From contig CAVPSJ010000006.1 of the NCBI GenBank assembly GCA_963708295.1, positions 8,635 to 72,634 on the forward strand: a DNA stretch of 64,000 nucleotides. Direction: 5' to 3'. The notes beneath the pieces are model-generated. The model did not search any database and was not told the origin of the DNA. It saw nothing but the letters and a program-made list of their open reading frames with translations. Source of the stretch: an uncultured delta proteobacterium (GTDB taxonomy: Bacteria; Desulfobacterota; BSN033; UBA1163). Both the position numbers and the translations under genes were made by a program. Positions 18,980 to 30,389 of this stretch are shown here, one piece after another. Numbering within the stretch: position 1 is the first letter of the stretch; every line of letters starts with the position of its first letter.

Positions 18980-20287
18980 TCATATTTCATTCTTCTTTTT
19001 CCACGCTTCCATTTCTTTCAGAGCTCGCTTTGCCAGAAGAAGCCGTTTCCCCTTGCCTCTGTTCTTACCCCCTAAAGGAGGGAACAGACCAAAGTTGATG
19101 TTCATGGGTTGAAAGGGAACAGCACCGGAATGGGTGATGTAATCGACTAATGCTCCGATGGCAGTCGTGAACGGGGGAACAAGGGGCGTCATCCCGTTCG
19201 CGTGTCGATGAGCGTTGATTCCGCAGAGCAGCCCGATCGCTGTCGATTCCATGTATCCCTCTACCCCGGTCATTTGACCGGCGAAGAAGAGGTTCGGATG
19301 GGTTGTCAGCTGGAGGGATTCACTCAATAATCGGGGAGAGTCGATAAAGGTATTGAGATGCATGGAACCCAGCCGAACAAATTCTGCTTTCTCTAATCCC
19401 GGAATCATTCGGAATACCCTCTTCTGTTCTTCATGCTTCAACCGAGTCTGGAACCCTACTAGATTGAAAAGCGTTTCAAACCGATCCTCCTGCCTCAGCT
19501 GGACGACGGCAAAAGGCTGTTTTCCCGTCCTCGGGTCGATGAGGCCCACCGGCTTGAGGGGCCCAAAGGCAAGAGTCTCCCTCCCCCGCCCCGCCATCTC
19601 CTCAACAGGAAGACACCCTTCAAAGAGATATTTTTTTTCAAACGGATGAACCAGGGCTTTTTCCGCCTGATTCAAGGCCTCTACAAATCGGTGATAGACT
19701 TCTTCATCCATCGGGCAGTTGACATAGTCTTCTCCCCCTTTCCCATACCTGGAGGACCTGAAGGCGTTCTGATAATTGATCGAATCCGCAGTCACGATGG
19801 GTGAGATGGCATCGTAGAAAAAAAGGTGACGGGACCCCGTCACCTTCTGAATTTCCCTGCTCAAACTTTCTGAGGTAAGAGGACCCGTCGCAATAATCGT
19901 AATCCCATCCTGGGGAAGAGAAGAGACTTCCTTCCGGATCACCTCTACATTCTCCATGTTTTCCAGGGCCTGGGTGATCTGTTTTGAAAAAACTTCTCGA
20001 TCCACGGCCAGGGAGTCGCCTGCTGGAACCCTTGCCTCTTTTGCTACTTTTAAGATGAGGGATCCCATGAGAGCCATTTCCTCTTTCAGGACCCCCGAAG
20101 CGTTCTCAATGGATTGTGATTTAAGAGAATTGCTGCACACCAATTCGGCAAAGAAGGGAGACTTGTGGGCCAGAGAATAGACCTCCGGTTTCATCTCATA
20201 GAGGGTGACCTTCCCTCCCCTCCTGGCAATCTGCCAGGCCGCTTCGCACCCCGCCAGCCCAGCACCGATGACGACAACCGGTTCCAT
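18980..20287 (-). CDS. trmFO: Methylenetetrahydrofolate--tRNA-(uracil-5)-methyltransferase
   Basis: GAGLAGCEAAWQ, AELVCSNSL, FFYDAISP, FGPLKPVGL, FQPMNINFG. Confidence 0.96.
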   Translation of the reverse strand: MEPVVVIGAGLAGCEAAWQIARRGGKVTLYEMKPEVYSLAHKSPFFAELVCSNSLKSQSIENASGVLKEEMALMGSLILKVAKEARVPAGDSLAVDREVFSKQITQALENMENVEVIRKEVSSLPQDGITIIATGPLTSESLSREIQKVTGSRHLFFYDAISPIVTADSINYQNAFRSSRYGKGGEDYVNCPMDEEVYHRFVEALNQAEKALVHPFEKKYLFEGCLPVEEMAGRGRETLAFGPLKPVGLIDPRTGKQPFAVVQLRQEDRFETLFNLVGFQTRLKHEEQKRVFRMIPGLEKAEFVRLGSMHLNTFIDSPRLLSESLQLTTHPNLFFAGQMTGVEGYMESTAIGLLCGINAHRHANGMTPLVPPFTTAIGALVDYITHSGAVPFQPMNINFGLFPPLGGKNRGKGKRLLLAKRALKEMEAWKKKNEI

Positions 20288-20577
20288 CGCCCTCTATTCT
20301 ATTTGGTCTCTCCTGAATTTGCAAAATAAAATTCCAAGCCCGAGATGACCACGAAATGTCCCCCCTCATCCTTCCCTCTCCCCCAAGGGGAGAGGGATAA
20401 AATGAGGGGATACAACCCCGATAAAAAAAGACCTTTCCCTGATGTCAAAGGATCATGTCTCACTCAATGGCTGGAGGGATATGAAAGTTGCCATGAGATT
20501 AAATTCTTGGTATAGATGAGTCTACTTCCGGTGAAAAAGTGGGGGGATGTAATCAGATCCGTTAAAAAAAGGGACAA

Positions 20578-21045
20578 ATGAAAAAAATAGAACTTACCAA
20601 TCCTGCCGGAACAAATGCCCCGATCATCACCCACGCGTTTGCGGTGGATAAGGGCCGTTACGGATCGATCTGGAAAATTTATATCGAGGCAGAGGACGCG
20701 GATGGAGATATGGACAAAATTGCCGTGGTCGTCGACCAGACGGGTTACGGTCATTACCCGACGGAATGGATTTTCCTAAAACCCAAATTTAGAGAATATC
20801 TGATTGGATATCTTCAATGGAATACCTTCAGCTCAAAAGCCTCGAATTTTCCGGAATGGACACAGATCACCGTGAAGGTTTCCATTTTTGACAAAGCTGG
20901 GAATGAAAGCAATCAGGTGGTTTTCCCGTTTACATTCGAGTCCGGAGCAAAAAATCAAAAATACGAACTCCCAGCTCCGTTCGATAAAGAGAACATCCCC
21001 CGGTTAGGAAATATTGCGATTGATCTTCATTATGTCACTTATTAG
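20578..21045 (+). CDS. Hypothetical protein (beta-rich)
   Basis: 155-aa ORF with GGGA RBS. Confidence 0.7.
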   Translation: MKKIELTNPAGTNAPIITHAFAVDKGRYGSIWKIYIEAEDADGDMDKIAVVVDQTGYGHYPTEWIFLKPKFREYLIGYLQWNTFSSKASNFPEWTQITVKVSIFDKAGNESNQVVFPFTFESGAKNQKYELPAPFDKENIPRLGNIAIDLHYVTY

Positions 21046-21246
21046 CAGGTTGCTCGAAAAGTGATTATTTCGCAGACTGCTCAAACATGGACCTGCCTTC
21101 GTCTCGCAGGGCGGGACTTCGCGCAGGTAGGCGAGATCCTTCTTGGGGAACGCATATATGCGTTCCCTGACAATGTACGCCGCAACGACGAAGGATGAGG
21201 GAAATCCCGCGAAGCGCGGGACTGATGGGCGTTTTTGAGCAGCCCG
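21045..21246 (-). mobile_element. MITE-like element with nested small hairpins
   Basis: Reverse complement shares cccTCATCCTTCGTCGTTGCgGCGTACATT and the double 3' end with 27781-27931; bounded by TAG/CTAG. Confidence 0.75.
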
Positions 21247-22827
21247 CTAGACCTTGAATGCCCCTTCGCTTCCGATATATCGCTTCCTCAACTTTGTCTT
21301 TTCCAATTTGCCGGTAGGGTTCCGCGGGACCTCTCCTAAAAAGATCTTTCGGGGCCGCTTGTATTTCGGCAGTTTCTCACAGTATTGAAGGATCTCTTCT
21401 TCGGTAAGTGATTTGCCCGGAACCACATCTATCACGACGGCAACAATTTCACCCAGTCGCTCGTCAGGATAGCCAATGGCCGCCACATCCTTCACGCCTG
21501 GATGGGTATGGAGGAAATTCTCCACTTCAATCGGGAAGACATTCTCGCCGCCGACGATGATGACATCCTTCTTTCTGTCTACGATATAAATGAAGCCGTC
21601 TTCATCCTGTCTCGCCATATCTCCCGTGTAGAGCCATCCATCCTTTAGTGCCCGCGCCGTGGCTTCAGGGTTCTTGTAATACTCCCGCATCACCCCGTTC
21701 CCACGAAGGAGAAGCTCGCCGGTCTGTCCCCGGCTGACGTTCTTGCTATCTTCGTCTACAATACGGGTCTCCCAGTTGAATCCCGGCCTGCCGATGGCCC
21801 CGACCTTATGGATATTCTCAATCCCGAGGTGCACGCAGTTCGGGCCGGTGCTTTCACTCAACCCGAATGTCGTGTCATAGGCCATCTCCGGAAAATACTT
21901 CCTCCAGTGCGTGATCAGGGAAGGTGGAACCGGCTGCGCCCCGATATGCATCAGGCGCCACTGGGAGAGCTTGTAATCTTTCAGCTTCAGCTCGCCGCTG
22001 TCCAGTTTGACCAGGATATCCTGCGCCCAGGGGACCAGAAGCCAGACAATGGTGCCCCCTTCCTCGCTCGCGGCTTCGAGAATCGATTCCGGAGAGATGC
22101 CCTTCAGGATCACCGCGGCCCCTCCGACGATAAAGCTGCCCAGCCAGTGCATCTTCGCTCCTGTATGATAAAGGGGAGGGATGAGGATGAAGATATCCTT
22201 CTTGGTCTGAAAATGATGGATGTTCTCAGTGATACATGCATTGGCCATGTTCAGGTGGGTCAACAGGATCGGTTTGGGCTGGCCCGTCGTCCCGGAAGTA
22301 AAGTAGAGCCCGCAGGGATCGTCAAACGTGATAGGCACTCCAGGCGGCGTGGCATCTGATCCGGATAGAACTTTGGAAAATGATTCCGCATAAGGAGGGA
22401 TCTTCTCCCCCACACAGATAAGGTGTTTGACAGACGAAAGGCCCTCCCGGATCGGCCCTACCCTCTCCGCGAATTCCTCGCCGAATACGAAGACGGCCGG
22501 CTCTGCCACATCGCAACAGTATTCAATGTCGCTGCTTGTGAAGCGAAAGTTGAGAGGCACCACCCATGCCCCTGTCCGGATGATCCCGAAATAGACGACG
22601 AGCCAGTCGATCGAGTTGTTCATGAGGTGTATGACTTTGTCGCCTTTCTTGATGCCCCTGGACGAAAGACCGTTTGCGAAACGATTTGCGCGCTCGTCGA
22701 ATTCACGCCAGGTAATCGTGCTTCTTTTCTTTTCCGCCGGTATCCTTTCGATAAGAGCAACGTCATCGGGATACATCCGGGCATTCCTTGCCAGCATCTC
22801 ACCGATGTGGATCTGGATATCCCTCAT
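21247..22827 (-). CDS. AMP-dependent acyl-CoA synthetase
   Basis: YFTSGTTGQPK, FGLSES, GWLYTGD, DRKKDVIIVGGENVFP, GKLEK. Confidence 0.92.
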   Translation of the reverse strand: MRDIQIHIGEMLARNARMYPDDVALIERIPAEKKRSTITWREFDERANRFANGLSSRGIKKGDKVIHLMNNSIDWLVVYFGIIRTGAWVVPLNFRFTSSDIEYCCDVAEPAVFVFGEEFAERVGPIREGLSSVKHLICVGEKIPPYAESFSKVLSGSDATPPGVPITFDDPCGLYFTSGTTGQPKPILLTHLNMANACITENIHHFQTKKDIFILIPPLYHTGAKMHWLGSFIVGGAAVILKGISPESILEAASEEGGTIVWLLVPWAQDILVKLDSGELKLKDYKLSQWRLMHIGAQPVPPSLITHWRKYFPEMAYDTTFGLSESTGPNCVHLGIENIHKVGAIGRPGFNWETRIVDEDSKNVSRGQTGELLLRGNGVMREYYKNPEATARALKDGWLYTGDMARQDEDGFIYIVDRKKDVIIVGGENVFPIEVENFLHTHPGVKDVAAIGYPDERLGEIVAVVIDVVPGKSLTEEEILQYCEKLPKYKRPRKIFLGEVPRNPTGKLEKTKLRKRYIGSEGAFKV

Positions 22828-22920
22828 ATGTCCCTCCTCAGGATAGTTATTACAAGGAGCATGAAATAGCCTCCATCTCGGGATTGGATCTTCACCGCCC
22901 ACTCGTCCTCGAACAACAGG

Positions 22921-23108
22921 ACTCGTTAGAGACGCGGAGGTCGCTGAGTAGGATATCTTTCTTATGAAGAATCGGGAGATGCCGATTCTTCATAAGCCTA
23001 TGGCCTTCGGCTAGGAATCTTTCCAGCCCGGTTGGAGTGTAATTTGCCTGTCGGTATCTCTCGACAAGCAAATTAGCTTTTCTCCGCGTTCTCTGCGACT
23101 CTGCGGTG
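22921..23108. repeat. Intergenic imperfect inverted-repeat element
   Basis: agagacgcggag ... ctccgcgttctct arms. Confidence 0.45.
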
Positions 23109-23132
23109 ATTGAAAACAGTTCTCTGCTCTTC

Positions 23133-23730
23133 TTAGCAACTGGCTCTTCTTCCTTCATGGAAGGCTTTGATGTTCAGGTCATGCAGCTTTGCCGGCAGGA
23201 GTGCCCGGATGGCGTCGGTCCACTGCTCTTCCTTGATTTCCGGGAAAAAATTGGAGAAGGCGCCGATGAGAACCACGTTCGCAGCCTGGATATTGCCGAG
23301 CTTTCTCGCGATCTCCTGTCCGTTGATGATCCGGACATTGTCTTTGAAGTATTTCTTGAACGTCTCTTCCACGTCCTTCGGATACTCCATCTGCCCGAGG
23401 CTGACGGCAGGCGGCAAGATCGCCTGTTGATTGAGGACGACCTTTCCGTTCGGCTTTACCCAGTTGATGTAGCGCAGCGCTTCGAGCAGCTCAAAGGAGA
23501 TGAGAAAATCGGCCTCCCCGTAGGCAATGAGCGGGCGAGTAAACTTTCTTCCCGAACCGGAAATGGGTGGTCACATCTCCACCCCGCTGGGCCATCCCGT
23601 GGACCTCGGACTTTTTCACATCGTACCCGGCTTTGAGGAAGACTTCACCGAGGATATTGCTCGCAAGGATCGTCCCCTGGCCGCCAACTCCTGACAAGAA
23701 TATGTTTGTCACTTTCCCGTTTTTTTTCAT
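23133..23730 (-). CDS. iorB: Indolepyruvate ferredoxin oxidoreductase beta subunit (one frameshift near 23535)
   Basis: GVGGQGTILAS, SEVHGMAQRGG, ELLEALRY, ANVVLIGA. Confidence 0.9.
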
Positions 23731-23741
23731 GGCTCCTCTCC

Positions 23742-25563
23742 TCACTTCGTACCCGGGACGATCGCTTCGAATTTGCAGATCTGAACACAGACCTCGCAGC
23801 CCACGCACTGATCCTTGTTGATCAACACGGTCCCTTTCCTCTTGTGGCCGTCTTTTGTCTGGCCTGCACCTTCGAGCCAGCTCATCGCGGGACAGTTGAT
23901 CTCAAGGCACGCCTTGCAGCCCCTGCACTTCTCGGCGTCAATCGCGTAGACATGGGCTCTTGAATTTTTCCAGCGGTTTGGCCCTGCGGAGCAAGATGCA
24001 GGGACTATTTTCTGTGACGATGACGGAGGCATCATCCCTGTTTACCTCTTCCCTGATCACCTCCATCGTTTCGTTCACCTTATAGGGATCCACCTTTCGC
24101 ACGTGCTTGATGCCGACCGCCCTGGCCAACTGCTCATAGTCGATCATGGTTGCGGGCTCGCTTTGTATCGTGTATCCTGTCCCCGGGTGGTCCTGCTGGC
24201 CCGTCATGGCTGTGATCCCGTTATCCAGAATGATCGTCGTGGAATAGCCTTTATTGTACGCGGCGTCTATCAGCGGGGTGACGCCGGAATGAAAGAACGT
24301 CGAGTCTCCGAGCACGGCACAGATCTTCCCGAGCCCGTCTTTGCCGATCACTTTTCCTGCGCCATAGGCGCCCCCGATACCGGCACCCATGCACGTTGAC
24401 GCGTGCATGGCCGAAAGCGGGGGCGCAACCGCCAGGGCATAACACCCGATGTCGCCGAACACATAGAGTCCGAGCTTTTTAAGAGCATAAAACAGCGGCC
24501 TGTGAGCGCAACCGGCACAGAGGTTCGGCGGTCTTCTCGGAAGGTCTTCCGGTTTTACCCGCACTTTCGGCGCCTGGTAGCGTTTGCCTTCCACAGCCTT
24601 CACCAGTGACTGCTTAAGGATATTGGGCGATAACTCGCCTATGGCCGGGATCAAATCCTTACCATGCCGTACTTTATAGCCCATGGCTTTGATCTCCGTC
24701 TCCAGGAAAGGGTCAAGCTCCTCCACCACAATCACCTTCTTCACTTTCTTGAAGAAGGCTGCGATCTTTTTCTTCGGCAGGGGCCAGACCATTCCCAGCT
24801 TCAGGAATGAATACTGCGGGAAAACCTCTTTGGTATAGAGATAGGTAACCCCTGACGTGATAAAGCCGATCGAGGAATCGTTGATCTCCATCGCATTGTA
24901 CGGAAACTCTGAATCCGCGTAAGCGGCGAGTTTGGCAATTCTTTCTTCGATAGCAACCCGCTTCACCCTGGCATACATGGGCACCATGACATACTTCGGC
25001 GTCTCTTTCTGGTCGAGGCCTTTTTGAATCGTCGATTCCTTTCTTTCTCCCAGCTCCACAGGAGAATCGCAGTGAGAAACCCTGGTCTCGGTCCTCAGGA
25101 GCACAGGGGTATCGAATCGCTCGCTGATCTCGAAAGCGGTCTTCGTAAAATCCTTGCACTCCTCGGAATCAGCCGGTTCGAGCATGGGAACCTTTCCAAA
25201 ACGGGTCCAGTTTCTGCTGTCCTGCTCGTTCTGAGAACTGTGCTGCCCCGGATCATCGGCCACGACAATCACAAAACCGCCTTTGACGCCCGTGTAAGAA
25301 ATCGTCATAAAAGGGTCGGCGGCAACGTTCAACCCCACGTGCTTCATGCAGGCCAAGGCTCTTCCGCCAGCAAGAGAAGCGCCATGGGCGACCTCCACGG
25401 CAACCTTCTCATTGGGAGACCATTCCGTGTAGATTTCCCTGTACCTGGATAATTCAGCCATAATTTCGCTGCTCGGCGTCCCGGGATAGGCGCACCCAAC
25501 CACTACCCCCGCCTCCCATGCGCCTCTGGCAATCGCCTCATTCCCCTGCAATATCTTTTTCAT
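23742..25563 (-). CDS. iorA: Indolepyruvate ferredoxin oxidoreductase alpha subunit (one frameshift near 23955)
   Basis: GNEAIARGA, YPGTPSSEI, MKHVGLNVAADP, RPPNLCAGCAHR, GDSTFFHSG; C-terminal ferredoxin CRGCKAC/CVGCEVC in next frame. Confidence 0.93.
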
Positions 25564-26454
25564 TCATTCTCCTCTCTGCCTGATTCTCACAACCCTTCCA
25601 ATTAATCGGTCCCGTCTCCACCCCACCCCCACCCTTTCCCTCCCCCTGAAGAGGAGGGAAAAACCGTTGTGCTCCTTCCCCGAAGGGGGAAATCTTTATA
25701 TTCCTCCCTCTTCAAGGGGGAGGTTAGGAGGGGGATGGGGACGGTTTCATCAGTAACTCATCCTCAACGTTTGGCCTGAACTATTGTCAATATATAATCG
25801 TTACAAGAACCGTTTGCCCATATCTCGTTGAGACCTAACCCCTATGGCCTCCCGCTTCATCTATCCTTTCTAAATATCTTCTTAAAGATATAAATAGCCG
25901 CTAGTAGCGTACCACCCTTCTTACGAGGTAACCAAGGTCAGGACCCAACATTCAACAAGGCTTCCTTTTCTATGTTCCGGGTTTTCTGGCGCGACTCATC
26001 ATATTCCGTATGAGGGCATATTAGCGAAAGCATTGAGGCTCGTCAACGAGAATTATTGCTAAGTAATCCACAATCAAGAAGACGTATGCTTCAGAGAATC
26101 TCCCCCCTGCCTTCGCCGAAGCGGCTTCGCGCAGGCAGGTCGCCCCTCTTTGCCAAAGAGGGGTAATTCCTCCCCAGTACCTCCTTTCCCCTGGAGGGAG
26201 AGGGTGCGGGTGAGGGGGACTATACCGTTTTCACCCCCACCTCGATCCTCCCCGTCAAGGGGGAGGAAAATACAGAGTAATTTCTTGCTTTGGGGGTAAC
26301 CCCACGGCCACGAAAAATCAATTAGGAGATTGCTTCAACCAGGACCTACTTTGCCCTCCGAGGGGAGAGGAGGTATTGGTAGTGTGAAACGGGGAAGGGA
26401 GTAAGACTCTGGAGGCTTTGACATTTCCTTGGGAAGGCGGTTACGATTATTTTT

Positions 26455-27762
26455 GTGAAGATTGAACTGATCCTTCCGGCCGTTGAAGAGAATGCCCGTG
26501 TCCCCAGTCTCGCCCTGCCCATTCTTGCAAGTCTTTCTCCAGCAGATGTGGAGATTTCTTTCACCGATGACCTCTTGACTCCCATCGATTTAGGAAAGGA
26601 TCTCAAGGACGTCGACCTGGTCGGCATCACGGTTTTATCCAAGACGGCCTTGCGGGCATACAACATCGCTGATGCCTACCGGAAAAAAGGAATACCCGTT
26701 GTTCTCGGTGGTATTCATCCTACAGCCGTTCCGGAGGAAGCCAAAGAACATGCCGATTCGGTCGTTCTCGGAGAGGCTGAAGAAGTCTGGCCTCATCTCA
26801 TCGAAGATGCCAGAACGGAAAATCTCAAGCCCTTTTATCGACAGGACGGTTACACAGATTTGTCAAAAATGCCAATGCCTCGGCGAGACATTCTCCCCAG
26901 GAAGGGATATTTTCCCGTGGATGTCGTCCAGGTCACACGGGGATGTCCCTCTCGGTGTGAATTTTGTTCCGTTCAGAATTTTTTTGGAGAAACTTATCGG
27001 TTCAGGCCCGTTTCGGATGTCGTCGATGAGGTCCGCCGCCTCCCACACCGATTAATGATGTTCAACGATGACAATATCATCGGAAATCCCTCCTACTCGA
27101 AAGAGTTGCTCAAGGCGCTCATCCCTCTGAAGAAGAGATGGTTCAGCCAGGCGTCCTTAACCGGATTGAAGAAGGTCGAAAATGTGGAGTTGCTCGCAAA
27201 AAGTGGGTGCAACGGCCTGCTCATCGGGTTTGAATCGCTCTCCAAACCGAACCTGATCCGGTCTCAAAAATATCAAAACGATCCGACAGAATATCGCGAA
27301 ATCATCCATTCCCTCCACCGATCCGGCATTGCCGTCTGCGGGTCTTTCATCTTTGGATTTGATGAGGATGATCCCTCCGTATTTGAAGAGACGGTCTCTT
27401 TCGCCATCCAGACCAAGCTCTTCTCAGCGATCTTTATGATCCTCACGCCCTACCCGGGAACAGCCCTTTACCATCGAGTAAAAAATGAGGGACGTCTGGT
27501 TCAGGATCGATGGTGGTTATTGGAAAAGCCGGAGGACTCATCCCCCTACTTCCTTCCAATGAAGATGGGCACGGAGACACTTCGAGAGGGCTGGAAAAAG
27601 GCATGGAAAGACTTCAATTCGTTCCCTTCCATTTGGAAACGGTTTCATTGGAATTACTCTCCCACCTTGGCCAACCGATTCGTCTACTTCCCTTTTCAGT
27701 GGATGCAGCACCGGTTCACGAAGAAAAAGATCCTTGAGGACAGACGAAGGTTTCGTAGATGA
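26455..27762 (+). CDS. B12-binding-domain radical SAM protein
   Basis: GGIHPT, GEAE, TRGCPSRCEFC, DDNI, GFES, TPYPGT. Confidence 0.9.
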   Translation: MKIELILPAVEENARVPSLALPILASLSPADVEISFTDDLLTPIDLGKDLKDVDLVGITVLSKTALRAYNIADAYRKKGIPVVLGGIHPTAVPEEAKEHADSVVLGEAEEVWPHLIEDARTENLKPFYRQDGYTDLSKMPMPRRDILPRKGYFPVDVVQVTRGCPSRCEFCSVQNFFGETYRFRPVSDVVDEVRRLPHRLMMFNDDNIIGNPSYSKELLKALIPLKKRWFSQASLTGLKKVENVELLAKSGCNGLLIGFESLSKPNLIRSQKYQNDPTEYREIIHSLHRSGIAVCGSFIFGFDEDDPSVFEETVSFAIQTKLFSAIFMILTPYPGTALYHRVKNEGRLVQDRWWLLEKPEDSSPYFLPMKMGTETLREGWKKAWKDFNSFPSIWKRFHWNYSPTLANRFVYFPFQWMQHRFTKKKILEDRRRFRR

Positions 27763-27780
27763 AGCAATGACAAATTTTAC

Positions 27781-27931
27781 CAGGCTGTTGAAAAAAGCCT
27801 ATCTGCGGCGTTCCCCTCATCCTTCGTCGTTGCAGCGTACATTCAAGTACGCCTCACTCCTCAGGATTTCGGGCGCCTTGCATCTGGGCATTTTTGATCA
27901 GCCTGAAAAAAAATGACTTTTCCAACAGGCT
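27781..27931 (+). mobile_element. MITE-like element
   Basis: CAGGCTGTTGAAAAA ... TTTTTGATCAGCCTG inverted ends plus a second end ttttccaacaggct. Confidence 0.75.
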
Positions 27932-28098
27932 TTCAAAGTTCAAATGAAATTCAAAGGGCCCACCCGAACTAATCCCTCCTTACCTTCCTTTAGAAAAGGT
28001 CCCGCCTTTCGCGGGATTTTGTAAAGAGGGTTAGGGGAGATGATCAGAAGATGTCTTCTCAATTATGGTTTAATTAGAAGCCATGACCTGTGGGTTCT

Positions 28099-30320
28099 TT
28101 ATTCTGTGGCGCGATAGCCGCATTCTTTTTGGGGGCATCGCTTGGCGGCTCCGCCCTTCCCCACTTTCTCAACCAGGAGAGGGAAACCGCACTGGGGACA
28201 TTTCTCCGGAATGGGCTTATCCCATAAAGCGTAGGTACAATTGGGGTAATTGGAACAGCCGTAAAAAGTTCTTCCCTTACGGGACCTTCTCTCAACAATC
28301 AGCCCTTCACACCCTTCCTGAGGACACCGGACACCCGTATCCAGAGATCGGGTGAATTTGCACTTCGGGTAGTTGGAACAGGCGAGAAATCTTCCGAACT
28401 TTCCATTCTTGATGACCATCGGACTTCCGCATTTTTCACACTTCGCGTCGGTTTCCACTTGATTCTCTCCGTTCCCTTCCACCTCTCTCGTATATCGGCA
28501 TTCTGGATAACTCGAACAGGCCAGGAAATATCCTCGTTTTCCCCAACGCTTCACCATCTTCGAGCCACATCGTTCGCAAACCTCTTCCGTGGGGATGAGT
28601 TCTCTCTTCACATCCCTCATGGAGACCTTGGCCATCTCCAGGTCTTTCTCGAAAGGGACATAGAACTCTTTTAACGTCTCCACCCAATCCTTTTCACCCT
28701 CTTCAATGTGATCCAGATTCTCTTCCATTTGTGCGGTGAATTCGATGTCAAAAATATCTGGAAAATTGACGACGAGGAGGTCATTCACCAGACACCCCAA
28801 TTCCGTCGGGAAGAACTTCCCTTTCTCCAGCCGAACATACTCCTTTTCTTTGATCGTGCCAGGATGGCTGCATACGTAGAAGGTCTTCCAATTCCCTTCT
28901 CTTCCAGCTCCTTAATCAACGTCGCTTCCGAATACCGGTAAGGCGGTTGGGTAAAATGCTGTTTGGGATTCAGACCCAGGAGCTCAAGAACCTGCCCTTC
29001 GGTAAGGGACGGGAGGTTCTTCTCTCCATTGCCATTCTCCTGGTCATCCTGCCCTTCCACGTAGAGGGCCATGAAACCCTGGAAAACAGGGACCGTCCCG
29101 ACGGCTGTGAACGTACCATCATCTGCTTTGATCTCGACGGTGGTCTGGAGGAAGTCGGCTGAAGGCATCTGCGAAGCAACGAAGCGGTCCCAGATCAGTT
29201 TATAAAGTGCCCATTGGTCCTTCTCTAAAGAGGCCTTCACCTGGTCGGGCTCCAAATCAATCGAAGTGGGCCGGATCGCCTCATGGGCCTCCTGGGCTCC
29301 TCTGCGGCTTTTGTAGACATTGGGTTTAGGGGGAAGATAAGAATCCCCGAAGCGGTCCTTGATCCACCCCCTGACCTGCTGAATGGCTTCCGTGGACACC
29401 CTGAGCGAATCGGTCCTCATATAGGTGATCAGCCCGACCGTGCCGAGGGGACCCAGGTCCACCCCCTCGTATAATTTCTGGGCGACCCACATCGTCTTTT
29501 TCGCGGGGAAGGAGAGCTTTCGATAGGCCTCCTGTTGAAGCCGGCTGGTAATAAAAGGAGGGAGGGGATGTCGCTGTTTTTCCTGCTGAACAATCTTTGA
29601 AACGGAATAAGGAGCGCTCTCCAGGGCCTTCCGAATGGCCAGGGCTTCCGCCTCGTTGGCCATTTTCACCTTCTTCCCCTTCCATTTCGCCAACTTTGCA
29701 TCGAAGGAGACCGGCGAATCTTTTCCCTTCAGCGTGGCGGTCAGGCTCCAATACTCCTCCGAGACGAAATCCTGAATCTCCCTTTCCCTCTCGCAGACGA
29801 TTCGAACGGCAACGGACTGGACCCGGCCCGCGCTCAGCCCCCGCCGGACCTTCTCCCAGAGGATCGGGCTGACCTGATAGCCCACCAGCCGATCCAGGAT
29901 CCGCCTCGCCTGCTGGGCTTCGTACTTGGATTGCTGCAGCTTGCCCGGGTGCCGAAGGGCATCCAGGACTGCCTTTTTCGTGATCTCATTGAAGAGGACC
30001 CGGTAAATCTTCTTGTCCTCGTCTCCGATCTCTTCGGCAATGTGCCAGGCGATCGCTTCGCCCTCGCGGTCCGGGTCCGGCCCGAGGTAAATGTTCTTCA
30101 CACCCTTGCTCGCCTTCTTCAATTCCCGGATGACCTTCGCTTTTCCTGTGATGGTGACATATTGGGGTTGAAAATCTTTTTGAAGATCCACTCCCAGCTC
30201 ACCCTCCGGAAGGTCTTTGATATGACCCACGGAGGCCTTGATGACGTAATCTTCCCCCAAAAACTTTTGAAGGGTCTTCACCTTCGCAGGAGATTCTACA
30301 ATAATCAAACCTTTTGACAT
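28099..30320 (-). CDS. topA: DNA topoisomerase I (one frameshift near 28858)
   Basis: IVESPAK, DPDREGEAIAWH, SAGRVQS, ITYMRTDS, GIGRPSTYA; C-terminal Zn ribbons in next frame. Confidence 0.96.
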
Positions 30321-30389
30321 CCGATTCCCGATCCTTTCATCTGTATTGTTAATTGTATTGTTAATTCATAACTCATAATTTTTCATACG

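Noticed and set aside
25750-26090. Riboswitch upstream of iorA
   Set aside because: No recognisable aptamer consensus
28785-28870. Split topA as a pseudogene or programmed frameshift
   Set aside because: One missing base restores ILSTIKEKEY. Similar single indels occur in iorA, iorB, endoQ, DUF763, the GNAT cassette and IS1182, so assembly error is the simplest explanation; read mapping would confirm
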